DNA from: Macrostomum lignano
Lineage: Eukaryota
Assembly: GCA_002269645.1 (NCBI GenBank)
Contig: NIVC01002055.1
Span: forward strand, 1,970 to 65,969
Length of the DNA stretch: 64,000 nt
Direction of reading: 5' to 3'
The position numbers and the translations under genes were made by a program. Positions within the stretch are counted from its first letter, which is position 1; every line of letters begins with the position of its first letter. Under the pieces are notes generated by a model. That model worked only from the letters and a program-made list of their open reading frames with translations, had not been told where the DNA came from and made no database searches. Of the stretch, positions 10,883-35,429 are shown in pieces.

Positions 10883-12280
10883 TCAGTAGTCGCGAATTCT
10901 CAGGGACACCCGACTGCAACCGGACGATGTTGTCCTTGAAGCTCCCAGATGCAGAAGCTGCCGATGCTGCAAAGTCCTCTGCTGCTGTTCAATCGTACCG
11001 GCAGTCAGCGACAGGGACTGCTCGCAGTAGGAGCTGTCCCTGCGCCTCCGGCAGCGCATAGTGTTGCGGATCTCCGCCCTGAAGCTCGCGCTCGCCGCCG
11101 CGTAAACAAAGAAGTTCAACAGCGAGTCCAGCACGGTGAGCACATTGGCCAGGAAGATGAACTGCCGGCTCAGCAGAGACGCGTGCGGAAAGAAGAAATG
11201 GCACAGGGTGCTCAAAAATGTTGGCGACTCCATTACGCAGAAGAGCAAGACGAGGGCCAGGACAAGCACGGAGGTGCGCTGGTGCTGATGATGCTGCTGC
11301 TGCTGTCGGTGGTGGCTCCGGCCTGAGGAGGCCAGCAGGAAGGCGGCCCGTCTGGCTCGACCCTCCGCCGAGCAGTCCCTGGCAGACGGGGAGGCTGCCA
11401 CCAGCTGTTGGCCCTCTTCATCTTCAGCCACTGCTGGAGGTGACGACGAGCGACCGGTGCTGCTGCTACGCCGACGGAGGCAGCACCAGCCGGTGGAGTC
11501 GGACACCGAGCCCGAGGAGCCCGTCGCGGCCAGCGCTTCTCCGTGTCGCATTCGTCGACTGACTCGACGAGCTCGTCGAAGCCGCAGCGACATTCCGATA
11601 GTCGGGCCGGGGATGAGCAGCGGCGGCAGCAGGCACTGCAGGCTGTAGAACACCAGAGATGGGTAGCCGGGCCGGTCACCCTCCGGCGAGGCCAGCAGCG
11701 GCCGGATCACGATGCCGCCCATCTCGTCGTCGGTCAAGTTGTCGCACACGATGCCCATGAACTCCAGCTGCACCAGCAGGCTCAAGCCGAAGGCTACGGC
11801 GACCACAGCAGCCAGGCAGACTTTCAGGCGTCTTGGCGAGAAGAACAGCCGACCGCGAGAGGCCAGCGGACGCCACACCAGCTCGCAGCGGGAGACGCTG
11901 AGCACCACCATGTTCCAGTTGCGCACGAAGGCCGCCGCCCCGATTCCCAGCCGGAATGCCGACGTGGCAACGTATGAAGCCTTCGTGTGGGCGTGCTTTG
12001 CTCCGCTCAGCGACATAACCACCTCGCAGATGACGGCCGACTGCAGGAACACCTCCCAGAAGGAGACGCTGACCAGCACCAGCCGGATCGCGGGGTTGTC
12101 AAATTTCTGACGGACAAAAACTGCGAAACTCAGCAGGTTGGCCGCCAGCGCAGCCAGGCTGATGGGGAAAACGCTGGCCAGCATCTGCCGCTCCAAATCC
12201 CGGAAGTCCTCGTCGTGTCGCATCCGGGTGACGTTGATCTCCCAGGCCTGACAGTTGGAATGGCTAGTGAACACTAGCAT
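10883..12280 (-). CDS. Class A (rhodopsin-like) orphan GPCR, FMRFamide/srw-type peptide-receptor-like, single exon, 465 aa
   Basis: ATG at 12280 opens a 465-aa ORF with seven hydrophobic segments, N-terminal sequon NVT, TM1 ANLLSF, TM3 end LSVSRC..RPL (DRY position), long Ser/Arg/Gln-rich ICL3, TM6 FCVMESP, TM7 DSLLNFFVY. The exact start (12280 or 12223) is uncertain. Confidence 0.88.
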   Translation of the reverse strand: MLVFTSHSNCQAWEINVTRMRHDEDFRDLERQMLASVFPISLAALAANLLSFAVFVRQKFDNPAIRLVLVSVSFWEVFLQSAVICEVVMSLSGAKHAHTKASYVATSAFRLGIGAAAFVRNWNMVVLSVSRCELVWRPLASRGRLFFSPRRLKVCLAAVVAVAFGLSLLVQLEFMGIVCDNLTDDEMGGIVIRPLLASPEGDRPGYPSLVFYSLQCLLPPLLIPGPTIGMSLRLRRARRVSRRMRHGEALAATGSSGSVSDSTGWCCLRRRSSSTGRSSSPPAVAEDEEGQQLVAASPSARDCSAEGRARRAAFLLASSGRSHHRQQQQHHQHQRTSVLVLALVLLFCVMESPTFLSTLCHFFFPHASLLSRQFIFLANVLTVLDSLLNFFVYAAASASFRAEIRNTMRCRRRRDSSYCEQSLSLTAGTIEQQQRTLQHRQLLHLGASRTTSSGCSRVSLRIRDY

Positions 12281-12963
12281 TCTGCTGACTGTGGCTTCAG
12301 CTTCTCTAGCTTCTACTGTTAAGTTTAATTTGCTTATTCAGAGACTGCAGCTCACTGAGGACTGACAAAGGCGAGGCGGACTTCTAGACTACGAGCGTAG
12401 ATGCGGATCTGCGATCAAGTAGGTGAGAGGAGAAGCTTCTATCCTGACGGCAGCTTCTCGATTTCGATTGGCTGATTCTGATTCAGAGCTGAGAACTCGC
12501 CATGTTGAGCTTCATCTCTGCTCCCTGCTCAAAATGAGCCCCTTCTTGAGACTGGAACTAAGCACGATTCGATAGAGAAGTGTTACGTGTTCAGACTGGC
12601 TTTCTGAAATGTGCAGAAAAGAAAAGTCTGCTTCAATACTCTGACTCGAATAGTTGAGAGCCACTTGGTAGCTTCAATCAGCTGTCCGATTTTTGTCTGC
12701 GCGATGGCGAGTGAAACCGATTGATGGAGCTGCACAGAATCCAAATTTAATCTCGCCCGCATGTAGGCGCTTGCAGAAGCAAAATTAAAGTGCTTCAAAA
12801 ATAAATGTTGCTTTCTGCGACGCATGGTATGGGATAGACGGTTGAAATTGTCTGCTTTGCACTTCATGCAGCACTAGCGTTGACATATTTCATTTTCAGA
12901 ATTAATTGGAAAAAATTAAAACTTGTAGTGGTACATATTAATGACGAGCGGGGTGGGCAGGCA

Positions 12964-13584
<621 letters not shown>

Positions 13585-13935
13585 CAGTACCTACAGAAGG
13601 CCTTGAATTTCTATAGCAAGGATTCAATGAAGCGATACCACTGACGCAGGGCTTGAAAGGGAGCAGATTTAAGACAGAAATATGATCTATTTTTATCCAG
13701 ACGAGTGTCAAATACTTCAAAAGGCCTAACATCGTGTCAGCAGAGCATTTTGGCGAGATGGAATCTTGACAGCTAACGGATGCCCATATTGGGAATTTTC
13801 CAATGCGTGCCGGCTCGCTTTCGCTCAGTAACTCGGCATCCAAGCTGCGCACTTCCTGGGCCTCAGGTTCGGAGCCATCAGCCATTCAGCAGATTCGGCT
13901 CTTGCTGGTCTGCGAATCTTTCTACTTTCTTCCTG

Positions 13936-14029
13936 TCTCCTCTCTCCTCTCTCCTCTCTCCTCTCTCCTCTCTCCTCTCTCCTCTCTCCTCTCTCCTCTC
14001 TCCTCTCTCCTCTCTCCTCTCCTCTCTCC
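13936..14029. repeat. (TCTCC)n-type polypyrimidine repeat
   Basis: Direct reading. Confidence 0.9.
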
Positions 14030-14572
14030 TTTCTTCATTGCGACCTTAATCTCGTCTCTCTCTGCATCTACCTCTCCCTCTTTTTCCATCTCTGCCTTTC
14101 GCCTACCCTTTCTCAGCTTTTCCTTTTTTGACCTTTCTTTACAAGCGATTTAATTCAGTCACCCATCCCACTCTCTTCACCCGTTTCCCCCGTCCCTTCC
14201 ATATCGTGACTGCCTTCAGCGTCTCTATGGAAATTTTAATTTGATTTGTCTTGCGCGCTCAAGCCGTTTGTCAAAAAGTTCAAGTGAAGCTTTTGCCAAA
14301 AAATTGCGGTGAAAAAAGTACGCCTAATACGCTTCCTATGAAAGCTGAATCAGTCCATTGTGCTGGGATTTCTGGTTTATTGAAAGATAACTCCTTTGTT
14401 GACTCGTCACGCCAAGGCAAGCTTAATTAGCCGGATTCGCCAGAGCAGAAATCCTTTGGGAAAGCCGGATTGAAGGAGGCTGGATCAGGCCTCGATCGAG
14501 ACATCAAAGCGAATGTTTGGCGCCAACATTTCCTGCTTGCGATCGCAGCTTTGATCGCCTGCGAAGCAGTTT

Positions 14573-14960
14573 TATGAGCGACTTTATGAGTGAGTCTATG
14601 AGTGAGTTCATGAGTGAGTTTATGAGTGAGTTCATGAATGAGTTTATGAGTGAGTTCATGAGCGAGTTTATGAGTGAGTTTATGAGTGAGTTTATGAGTG
14701 AGTTCATGAATGAGTTCATGAATGAGTTCATGAGTGAGTTCATGAGTGAGTTCATGAGTGAGTTCATGAGTGAATTCATGAGTGAGTTTATGAGTGAGTT
14801 CATGAGTGAATTCATGAGTGAGTTTATGAGTGAGTTCATGAGTGAGTTCATGAGTGAGTTCATGAGTGAATTCATGAGTGAGTTTATGAGTGAGTTCATG
14901 AGTGAGTTCATGAGTGACTTAATGAGTAAGTTCATGAGTGACTTCATGTGTGACTTAATG
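14573..14960. repeat. 12-bp repeat (ATGAGTGAGTTY)n
   Basis: Direct reading. Confidence 0.93.
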
Positions 14961-15404
14961 AGTAAATTCGTGAAGTCGTGAAGTCGAGAACATGCAGTTT
15001 TTTTCTGCTGTCAGAGTTTAATGAAACTTTTTTGACCTAGCTAAATGACTGTGTAGCGGCCAGGTATCTTACCTCACGTCTCTTTGCAGACCCAGTTAAT
15101 GAGGCTGTTTTCCCAAGAAGTTCAAGATTAAACTTTCTTTTCTTCAACAAGGCAGTCACGCGAGTTTGAAATCAGTCTTATTGAAGAGGCTTTTTGAACC
15201 GGAAAAGTTGAGCGTCCGGGTTCTGGAGATAAGCCATGATGAAGAAGAGGTTAAATATTGATTCTGCTTGGAACAGACTGATCTTCGCAATACTCTGGTC
15301 ACAGGGCCCAGTTAATTCTGGTTACTTCTAGTCACCTTACTGACTGTGATCGCCCTCAGATTCACTTCTGTTGCACTTTTCTACCTTATTGACTTTGACC
15401 TCTT

Positions 15405-15975
15405 TCGTCACTCTGGTCACTCGGGTCATTCGGGTCACTCGGGTCACTCGGGTCACTCTGATCACTCTGGGTCAATCTTGTCACTCTGGGTCAATCTTGT
15501 CACTCTGGTCACTCTGGTCACTGGTCACTCTGGTCACGTGACTGTCTACCTGAATTTCTACCTGACTGTCTACCTGACTCTCTACCTGGATTTCTACCTG
15601 ACTTTCTCCCTGACTGTCTACCCGACTGGCTATCTAACTGTCTACCCGACTGTCTACCTGAATGTTTACCTGACTGTCTACCCAACTGTCTACTCGACTG
15701 TCTAGCCGACTGTCTACCTGACTGTCTACCTGACTGTCTACCTGACTGTCTACCTGACTGTCTACCTGACTGTCTACCTGACTGTCTACCTGACTGTCTA
15801 CCTGACTGTCTACCTGACTGTCTACCCGACTGTCTACCCGACTGTCTATCTGAATGTCTACCTGACTGTCTACTCAACTGTCTACCTGACTGTCTACCCG
15901 GCTGTCTACCTGATTGTGTACCTAACTGTCTACCTAACGGTCAACTCAAATTTCTATCTGACTGTCTACCGTCTA
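15405..15975. repeat. GGTCACTC-type short repeat grading into 12-bp (CTGACTGTCTAC)n
   Basis: Direct reading. Confidence 0.9.
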
Positions 15976-16503
15976 CCCGACTCGACTGTCTTCTACTTAA
16001 CTATCTACCAATAGAATGCCTACTGAACTGCACGCTTGAATATATCTACTCAAATGTCTTCAAAATCTTTTGCGAGGTTTTTTAAAGATTCACTGTCGCC
16101 CATCAATGATGCACAGATATTCATAGTAAAACAATGTTTAGCAAACCTCAATAGCCAGGCAATGGTTGCTGTTGCAGCAGGTCCTGAAATCCCTGCCATC
16201 CCGTCCGTTTGCCCTTTTTTTCTTAAAAACATCTCAAAATATCCCAGGTTTAATGCATTGGCACACAGGGCTGCGATGAACCAGTCAGGTGACTTATCTG
16301 AGCAGAAGTGCACGCAGATAACTTATTCGCTGTCTCAAGTCCTCAGCTGCTCAAGCTGTATCGAAGAAGTAGATCTGCAAAAATATTTACTAATTGGACC
16401 AAATCGGATGGAATTAATTAATCAATGCAGGAGAGCATGACACATTTGATTGGATTTCTGGCTGACTGGATTTGCGTGGGTAAAGAGAGTTATTACTCCA
16501 AAC

Positions 16504-17277
<774 letters not shown>

Positions 17278-17454
17278 ATTAAGTGCCTTATAAAGCACTT
17301 TCACAACGGAAGCATCTAACTGTCTACCCAGCTTGAGCATCATTAGTATCTAAAAATAAATTTGAGAAGCACTGTTCCGCTCTCGAAACTGCATCCCTGT
17401 GATGCGACACTTGTTTATGATGGACAATGCGAAAAGAATGAGAGACGTTAGGGG

Positions 17455-17791
17455 TAGACAATTAGGTTGACAGTGTAGCTCGTAGTAGATAGTAGGGGTA
17501 GACAGTGTGGTAGACAGTGTGGTAGAACAGTGGGGTAGATAGTAGGATTGACAGTGGGATGGACAGTGATGTACACAGTGGTGTTGACAGCATGATTGAC
17601 CGTTTGACAGTGGGTAGACGGTGGGGTAGACAGTGGGTAGACGGTGGGGTAGACAGTGGAGTAGACAGTGGGGTAGACAGTGGGGTAGACAGTGGGGTAG
17701 ACAGTGGGGTAGACAGTGGGGTAGACAGTGGGGTAGACAGTGGAGTAGACAGTGGGGTAGACAGTGGGGTAGACAGTGGAGTAGACAGTGT
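17455..17791. repeat. 12-bp repeat (GTAGACAGTGGG)n, inverted relative of the 15.5-16.0 kb array
   Basis: Reverse complement CCCACTGTCTAC shares ACTGTCTAC with the 15.5 kb array. Confidence 0.9.
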
Positions 17792-18175
17792 GGAAGAAAG
17801 GTGTAGGTTCGTAAAGTCTGAGAGAGTTGAAGGTCGCGACAGCGGGTTGCTCAAAAGTTTCTCCACAAAATATCCCACAAAAAAGCTCGGAAGGCAACGC
17901 GTTGTAAAAAAATCCGACAGTGTTAAAAGCAGAGAAATTCTTATTTGGTTCAGCAAAAGAAAAACGTTGAAGAATAGTCAGGCTCGAGGCGCAGAGAAAA
18001 AAAACTGACGCAGTCAGCATATTAACCGCTGCGCAAGGCTCAGGGTTGATGCCATTCGAGTATGAAAACTGATTACGGAAAATTATTTTTATACCTCTTG
18101 TTCGTGACGGCGGGTCGACGGAAAAGCAATCGTTTCTAAGAAACTATTCACCCAGCGATTTCTAAGAAAAAACTG

Positions 18176-19459
18176 TTAAATGCGCCGTTTCGATGGCCGC
18201 CTTTGTCTGCCTGGCGGCTGTGGTGGCCTTCGCCGACTTTGTCGTGGCGCGGCGCTGCCCCAGGTGCCGCAGAACATCGGCACGAACGGCCGCCTTGGCC
18301 CGGTGCCGTCGACAATCAAGGAGCTGCCGCAGGAGTCGTCGTCGTTGTTGTCGAGAAAGTCGAAGTCGTTATTAAAGCCGCCGTTGTCGAGATTCCGTCG
18401 GTGAACGCGCGGCAGCGGCCCGACATCGACATCGTCGAGTTCGTCCTCGCCGTCGCCGTCGCTCTCACCGAAGTCGTCGTCAAGATCATCGGTTGCACCG
18501 TCGGGATCGTGGCCGTCCGGTGGCGGCCGGTGCAGCGGCTTTGGCGGCTTCTGCTGGCGCCGACTGTGGTTGGTGGAGAAGCTCGCGGAGTCGGCAGGTC
18601 CTCCGAAACGCGACTGCCTCGAGCTCGGAGGCGGCGGCTGGACGGGCGCCGGCAGCGGCAGCGGCGGCTGGTCGCTGAAGCCGACAACCGGCAGCGGCTG
18701 CTTGCTGCTGTTGTTCCAGTTGTGCCAGTCGTCCAGACTTTTCTGGCCTCGACGGCGATTCGTACTGCTAGCGGGGGTTTTCTGCTGCTGCTGCTGCCTC
18801 CGCCGCCTCCGACGCTGGGCGGCAGTCGCCGATGATGATTTGTTATTCTCGTTGTCCTCCGTGCTGTCGTAGCCTTCCTCGTATTCTTCGCCGTCGTCCT
18901 CCTCGGTGCCGTACTCTTCTGTAGGCGGCGCCGCCGCCGCTGCTGTCGCCGCCGTTCCGCCACCGCCGCGCTTGGCCGCCCCGGCGCCGCTCCCGGCACC
19001 GACAGATTTGGATTCCTCCGTGGAGTGTCCGGCGACTGCGGCCGACTTTTTCCAGCCGCTGGCCTGGCCGGCTGTCCCTCCACCGGCGCCAGGCTGCAGC
19101 GCCTTGTTGCACAGGACGTTCCAGACCTCCTGCTGGTAGCGCCGCTTGCAGCTGTTGATCTCGGCGCGGACTGAAGCCAAGTCGATGCCGAAATCTACCG
19201 ACATCAGCGGCTGGAGGGCGCGCATGCAGGGGAACGCGGCTCCGACGCCGCCAGCGACAGTCGCTGTCGAAGATCCCGACGTCGGTTTGTTTGAAGCAGC
19301 GTCGTTGCCGCCGACTGTTGTGGGCGTTTTCGATCGGGCATTGTGCAGATTGCGGTGATAGTAGCTGGCGCTGGCGCCGCCGCCTCCGAAGCTGTTGTTG
19401 TGACCGCCGATGGGCCAGTAGCCAGGTGCGGCTCCGTGCACGCGGTGCTGGTGGTGCAT
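18176..19459 (-). CDS. Uncharacterised low-complexity protein, apparently single exon, about 427 aa from first ATG
   Basis: Stop-free GC-rich frame of over 1.3 kb with exon-like composition matching the neighbouring genes. First ATG at 19459 (the track start is a GTG). Gly/Ala, acidic, poly-Arg/Gln and Pro tracts with short ordered islands. No family recognised. Confidence 0.6.
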   Translation of the reverse strand: MHHQHRVHGAAPGYWPIGGHNNSFGGGGASASYYHRNLHNARSKTPTTVGGNDAASNKPTSGSSTATVAGGVGAAFPCMRALQPLMSVDFGIDLASVRAEINSCKRRYQQEVWNVLCNKALQPGAGGGTAGQASGWKKSAAVAGHSTEESKSVGAGSGAGAAKRGGGGTAATAAAAAPPTEEYGTEEDDGEEYEEGYDSTEDNENNKSSSATAAQRRRRRRQQQQQKTPASSTNRRRGQKSLDDWHNWNNSSKQPLPVVGFSDQPPLPLPAPVQPPPPSSRQSRFGGPADSASFSTNHSRRQQKPPKPLHRPPPDGHDPDGATDDLDDDFGESDGDGEDELDDVDVGPLPRVHRRNLDNGGFNNDFDFLDNNDDDSCGSSLIVDGTGPRRPFVPMFCGTWGSAAPRQSRRRPPQPPGRQRRPSKRRI

Positions 19460-19754
19460 TCCTTTGGCAATGCTGGTCACAGTTCTTGAGTCAACAGGCA
19501 CTGTTCTCGAATCTTCTCTGATGCTGGCTTTAGCGACAGAACGATTATTTGGTACTTTTATTTAACAAAAACTAATTAGCGAGAATTGCCAGTTTCTGAT
19601 TTTTACAAAACGGAACCATTTTGTCTATGGCTCACCCTATCCATCTAAGACAAATTGGCGTCTGCAGTGCGTTAATAAAGAACTCAGCCAGCTGAGCTTG
19701 GGGACTTTAAAAATAACACTTCCAATTTTAGTATATTGGATATATATCGAACAG

Positions 19755-20362
19755 GTTAAGAGATTATCTAACAGTTGAGTTATTATCTAACAGGTGAAAG
19801 ATTATCTAACATGTAAGAGATTGTCTAACAAGTGAGTTATTATCTAACTGGTGGTGGATTATCTAACAGGTGAGAGATTGTCTAACAAGTAAGATCTCAT
19901 CTAACAGATGAGAGATTATCTAACAGATGAGAGATTATCTGACAGATTGAGAGATTATTTAACAGGTGGGGATTATCTAACAGGTGTGAGATTATCTAAC
20001 AGGTGTGAGATTATCTAACAGGTGTGAGATTATCTAACAGGTGTGAGATTATCTAACAGGTGTGAGATTATCTAACAGGCGTGAGATTATCTAACAGGTG
20101 TGAGATTATCTAACAGGTGTGAGATTATCTAACAGGTGTGAGATTATCTAACAGGTGTGAGATTATCTAACAGGTGTGAGATTATCTAACAGGTGTGAGA
20201 TTATCTAACAGGTGTGAGATTATCTAACAGGTGTGAGATTATCTAACAGGTGTGAGATTATCTAACAGGTGTGAGATTATCTAACAGGTGTGAGATTATC
20301 TAACAGGTGTGAGATTATCTAACAGGTTGGATATTATCTAACAGCTGGGAGATTATCTAACA
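19755..20362. repeat. 19-bp minisatellite (AACAGGTGTGAGATTATCT)n with degenerate flanks
   Basis: Direct reading; homogeneous core about 19975-20325. Confidence 0.94.
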
Positions 20363-20838
20363 GTAGATGTGAATGTAATGAGACATGTAATGAGAGCAAA
20401 AATAATATATATTTTAGATGTTAAATTTGTGTATTTTAATATGGCATAAGTTCGCATTCGTTGATAATCCTAGCATAAAATTATTGTAGTTCTTCAGCTA
20501 TTGCAAAGCACACATGTAAAGCGCTAATGTGAGTAGTATATGCATGCGCAAGTTGTAACTCTAGTGAGAAAGAGAACAAAATTAGTTAGAGATGAAAAAC
20601 TTTTGAAATCTCAACAAACAATATTGTTATAATATAGTTATTGATAATAGTATGGCCTATTTGAAAATATTTCATATTATCAAGCAATACTTGCTAACCT
20701 TGAATGTCTATATGTGGATGAAGTTTTGCTATTTATTTAAATGTAGTTATAATAGTACTCATAGTATTATCGAATGAGTTTCTGGCTACTTGTGCTCAGA
20801 CAGGCCTAACGTTATCGTTATAAATCATAAATCATTCA

Positions 20839-30778
<9,940 letters not shown>

Positions 30779-31283
30779 TTGTACAAAAAAATTGGATCTC
30801 TCGGCGAAGCCTTCTGCAGCAGAACGACTGGATTTTTGGCCTCGCCGCTGGCTTGTAAAATCTGGCTGAAGCTTCTGGAGGGGAAGCCAGCGGGATCTGG
30901 GTGCCGGGCAGCCTTTTGCTGGGGGAACATAAGCAGGCGAGCGATGCAGGGTCCAAGGTCCGGGACGGGGATGAGGAGGGTAGCACGAAAGAGTGTAGAG
31001 AACGAATCCTTGGGAAGTCGGAGCCAGGAACAGGGATTGCTATCGACTTGCTGGCGACCCTCCCCCCACCCCCAGACCCTCTGCGCAGAACTTGTAGGCA
31101 AGGGTAGAGCCATGCAGCTGCTAAGGACACTGCGAACTGTTGCATAGATCTCCCTGGACAGTGGAACTGGACTGTATTTTGCTAACACACCTTAAAGTAG
31201 ATTGTGGCGTTTTTGGCGCAATAATTCAGCAATTTCTGAAACCACCGTATCACAGAGTTTAGCTCGCAGCACCAAATTCAACT

Positions 31284-31975
31284 GTCAGTCAGTCAGTCAG
31301 TCAGTCAGTCAGTCAGTCAGTCAGTCAGTCAGTCAGTCAGTCAGTCAGTCAGTCAGTCAGTCAGTCAGTCAGTCAGTCAGTCAGTCAGTCAGGCAGTCAG
31401 TCAGTCAGTCAGGCAGTCAGTCAGTCAGTCAGTCAGTCAGTCAGTCAGTCAGTCAGTCAGTCAGTCAGTCACTCACTCACTCAAGTCAGTCAGTCAGTCA
31501 GTCAGTCAGTCAGTCAGTCAGTCAGTCAGTCAGTCAGTCACCCACTCACTCAAGTCAGTCAGTCAGTCAGTCAGTCATTCAGTCAGTCAGTCAGTCAGTC
31601 AGTCAGTCAGTCAGTCAGTCAGTCAGTCAGTCAGTCAGTCAGTCAGTCAGTCAGTCAGTCAGTCAGTCAGTCAGTCAGTCAGTCAGTCAGTCAGTCAGTC
31701 AGTCAGTCAGTCACTCACTCACTCACTCCAGTCAGTCAGTCAGTCAGTCAGTCAGTCAGTCAGTCAGTCAGTCAGTCAGTCAGTCAGTCAGTCAGTCAGT
31801 CAGTCAGTCAGTCAGTCAGTCAGTCAGTCAGTCAGTCAGTCAGTCAGTCAGTCAGTCAGTCAGTCAGTCAGTCAGTCAGTCAGTCAGTCAGTCAGTCAGT
31901 CAGTCAGTCAGTCAGTCAGTCAGTCACTCACTCACTCACTCACTCCAGTCAGTCAGTCAGTCAGTCAGTCAGTCA

Positions 31976-32026
<51 letters not shown>

Positions 32027-32211
32027 AGTCAGTCAGTCAGTCAGTCACTAACTCACTCACTCACTCACTCCAGTCAGTCAGTCAGTCAGTCAGTCAGTCA
32101 CTCACTCACTCAAGTCAGTCAGTCAGTCACTCACTCACTCAAGTCAGTCAGTCAGTCACTCACTCACTCAAGTCAGTCAGTCAGTCAGTCAGTCAGTCAG
32201 TCAGTCAGTCA

Positions 32212-32262
<51 letters not shown>

Positions 32263-32323
32263 AGTCAGTCAGTCAGTCAGTCAGTCAGTCAGTCAGTCAG
32301 TCAGTCAGTCAGTCAGTCAGTCA

Positions 32324-32374
<51 letters not shown>

Positions 32375-32411
32375 AGTCAGTCAGTCAGTCAGTCAGTCAG
32401 TCAGTCAGTCA

Positions 32412-32462
<51 letters not shown>

Positions 32463-32499
32463 AGTCAGTCAGTCAGTCAGTCAGTCAGTCAGTCAGTCA
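31284..32499. repeat. (AGTC)n microsatellite with (ACTC)n interruptions
   Basis: Direct reading. Confidence 0.97.
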
Positions 32500-33082
32500 A
32501 GAGATCGCTAACGTTTGTGTCCAGTCCAAGTTTTGTCAGCAGTCCTTGGCCAACGGTACCCAGTGCGTACGGTTCGCGTGCAATCCATCGGAACTGCTTG
32601 GAATGCACGGACAGGCCTGCGATCTGCATGGAACGGGAAATGTCAGCTTAGGGAGGCCACTGCACGGATGGTCGGCCAGTTGGAGGCTGGCAAAACGCCG
32701 TTGGCTGCAGATGCAGCTGTTTTTTCCTATGCCCCTACAAGATTCGTTTAGTTGCTAAGCTCTACAACTGCAATCATAAATGTCGTTTCTTGCAAGGCCG
32801 AGCTTAACGCAGAAACAAAGAAATTAGAAGGGGGTACAGAGAAGTGCATGAAAAGTACACTAAGTGAGCGTTGGCAATAGAGCGCTGTGACTATTTGGCT
32901 CGCTCGTAATTGCAACCACTGGTTAGCTGGCCTTAAAGCAGAGTACCAAGCGGACTCTGGCTATGTAGTCTGACAGGATGACCATCACCTGAATGCAAAC
33001 GTAATAGCAACAGCAGTCAATAACGCTTCGTTGTGCATGAAGTAAATAGATTGGACAGCAAGGCATGCGACTTTGGAATTTG

Positions 33083-33920
<838 letters not shown>

Positions 33921-34382
33921 ACAATCTCGCTGCTGTATAGAGCCACACAGTTTCTACTCAACAGAAAAAAAACTTTTTTCAATAAACGCCCATGCTGCTA
34001 CTTAGAGACATTTTAAAGAGTAGTAGTATCCATACGCTCTGGTTATAAAGACAGGTGTCCATTTGAAGAAAAAATTTATTCTTTGCGGAATTAAAAAACG
34101 CCAATTAATCAAGTTGGATAATTTTGGTAATCCCTGACAGCACTGCCCCCCTCATGCCCGCAGATTCATTTGTCAATGTCAGATGAAGAGTCATCTGTGA
34201 GCAGAGTCAGAACACAGCGCGGCCTCTGACCGATACAGATAAATAATTTTATTGCTAGCTTTTTCACAACATTGCTAAAACAAGAGAACTGTTGGAGAGC
34301 AAGGCACGCTTTCGAAGTCGGTGACTTTGAAGCTGTATTTTTGAATAAATTGAAAAGGAGCCATCTCATATCCTTTGAGGAG

Positions 34383-35085
34383 AGGCACCATTTCATTTGA
34401 GAAGAGGCGCCATTACATTTGAGGAGAGGCGCCATTTCAGTTGAAGAGATGCGCCATTTCATTTGAGGAGAGGCGCCATTTCATTTGAGGAGAGGCGCCA
34501 TTTCATTTGAGGAGAAGCGCCATGTCATTTGAGGAGAGGCGCCATTTCAGTTGAAGAGATGCGCCATTTCATTTGAGGAGAGGCGCCATTTCATTTGAGG
34601 AGAGGCGCCATTTCATTTGAGGAGAAGCGCCATGTCATTTGAGGAGAGGCGCCATTTCAGTTGAAGAGATGCGCCATTTCATTTGAGGAGAGGCGCCATT
34701 TCATTTGAGGAGAGGCGCCATTTCATTTGAGGAGGGGCGCCATTTCATTTGAGGAGAAGCGCCATGTCATTTGAGGAGAGGCGCCATTTCATTTGAGGAG
34801 AAGCGCCATTTCATTTGAGGAGAGGCGCCATTTCATTTGAGGAGAGGCGCCATTTCATTTGAGGAGAGGTGCCATTTCATTTGAGGAGAGGCGCCATTTC
34901 ATTTGAGGAGAAGCGCCATGTTATTTGAGGAGAGGCGCCATGTTATTTGAGGAGAGGCGCCATTTTATTTGAGGAGAGGCGCCATTTCATTTGAGGAGAG
35001 GCGCCATTTCATTTGAGGAGAGGCGCCATTTCAGTTAAGGAGGATGCGCCATTTCATTTGAGGAGAGGCGCCATTTCATTTGAAG
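34383..35085. repeat. 22-bp minisatellite (GAGGAGAGGCGCCATTTCATTT)n
   Basis: Period 22 (34451, 34473). Confidence 0.94.
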
Positions 35086-35429
35086 GGCGCCAGTGCTGCA
35101 AGCAGAAAAGAGGCTCCATGCCGCAACAACACCAGATCCCTTTGTCGAGCACCTCTTGGTCGGTTTCTGCCATGGGTTGGTTGAGAGCCGTGAGGGAGGC
35201 CAATGAGCAATAAATAATTAATGGGGCATAAATGAAGCTGCAGTTTATCCACCACGGGTTGGCGATCGCATATCATGCGGTTATTTGCGATATAAAATTT
35301 ATTGATTAATTTTTACAACTTAAAAACAGAGCTATGAATAAAATTTTTTATCTAAATTAAAATTTGTGCATTTTACTACAATAGCCAGAACAATAATATT
35401 TTTCTTTTTATAATTAACTACCGCGCAGT

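Noticed and set aside
16036-16440. Overlapping 134-aa (+) and 87-aa (-) ORFs as a transposase of the foldback-like structure
   Set aside because: No catalytic or DNA-binding motif recognisable, and composition is intron-like.
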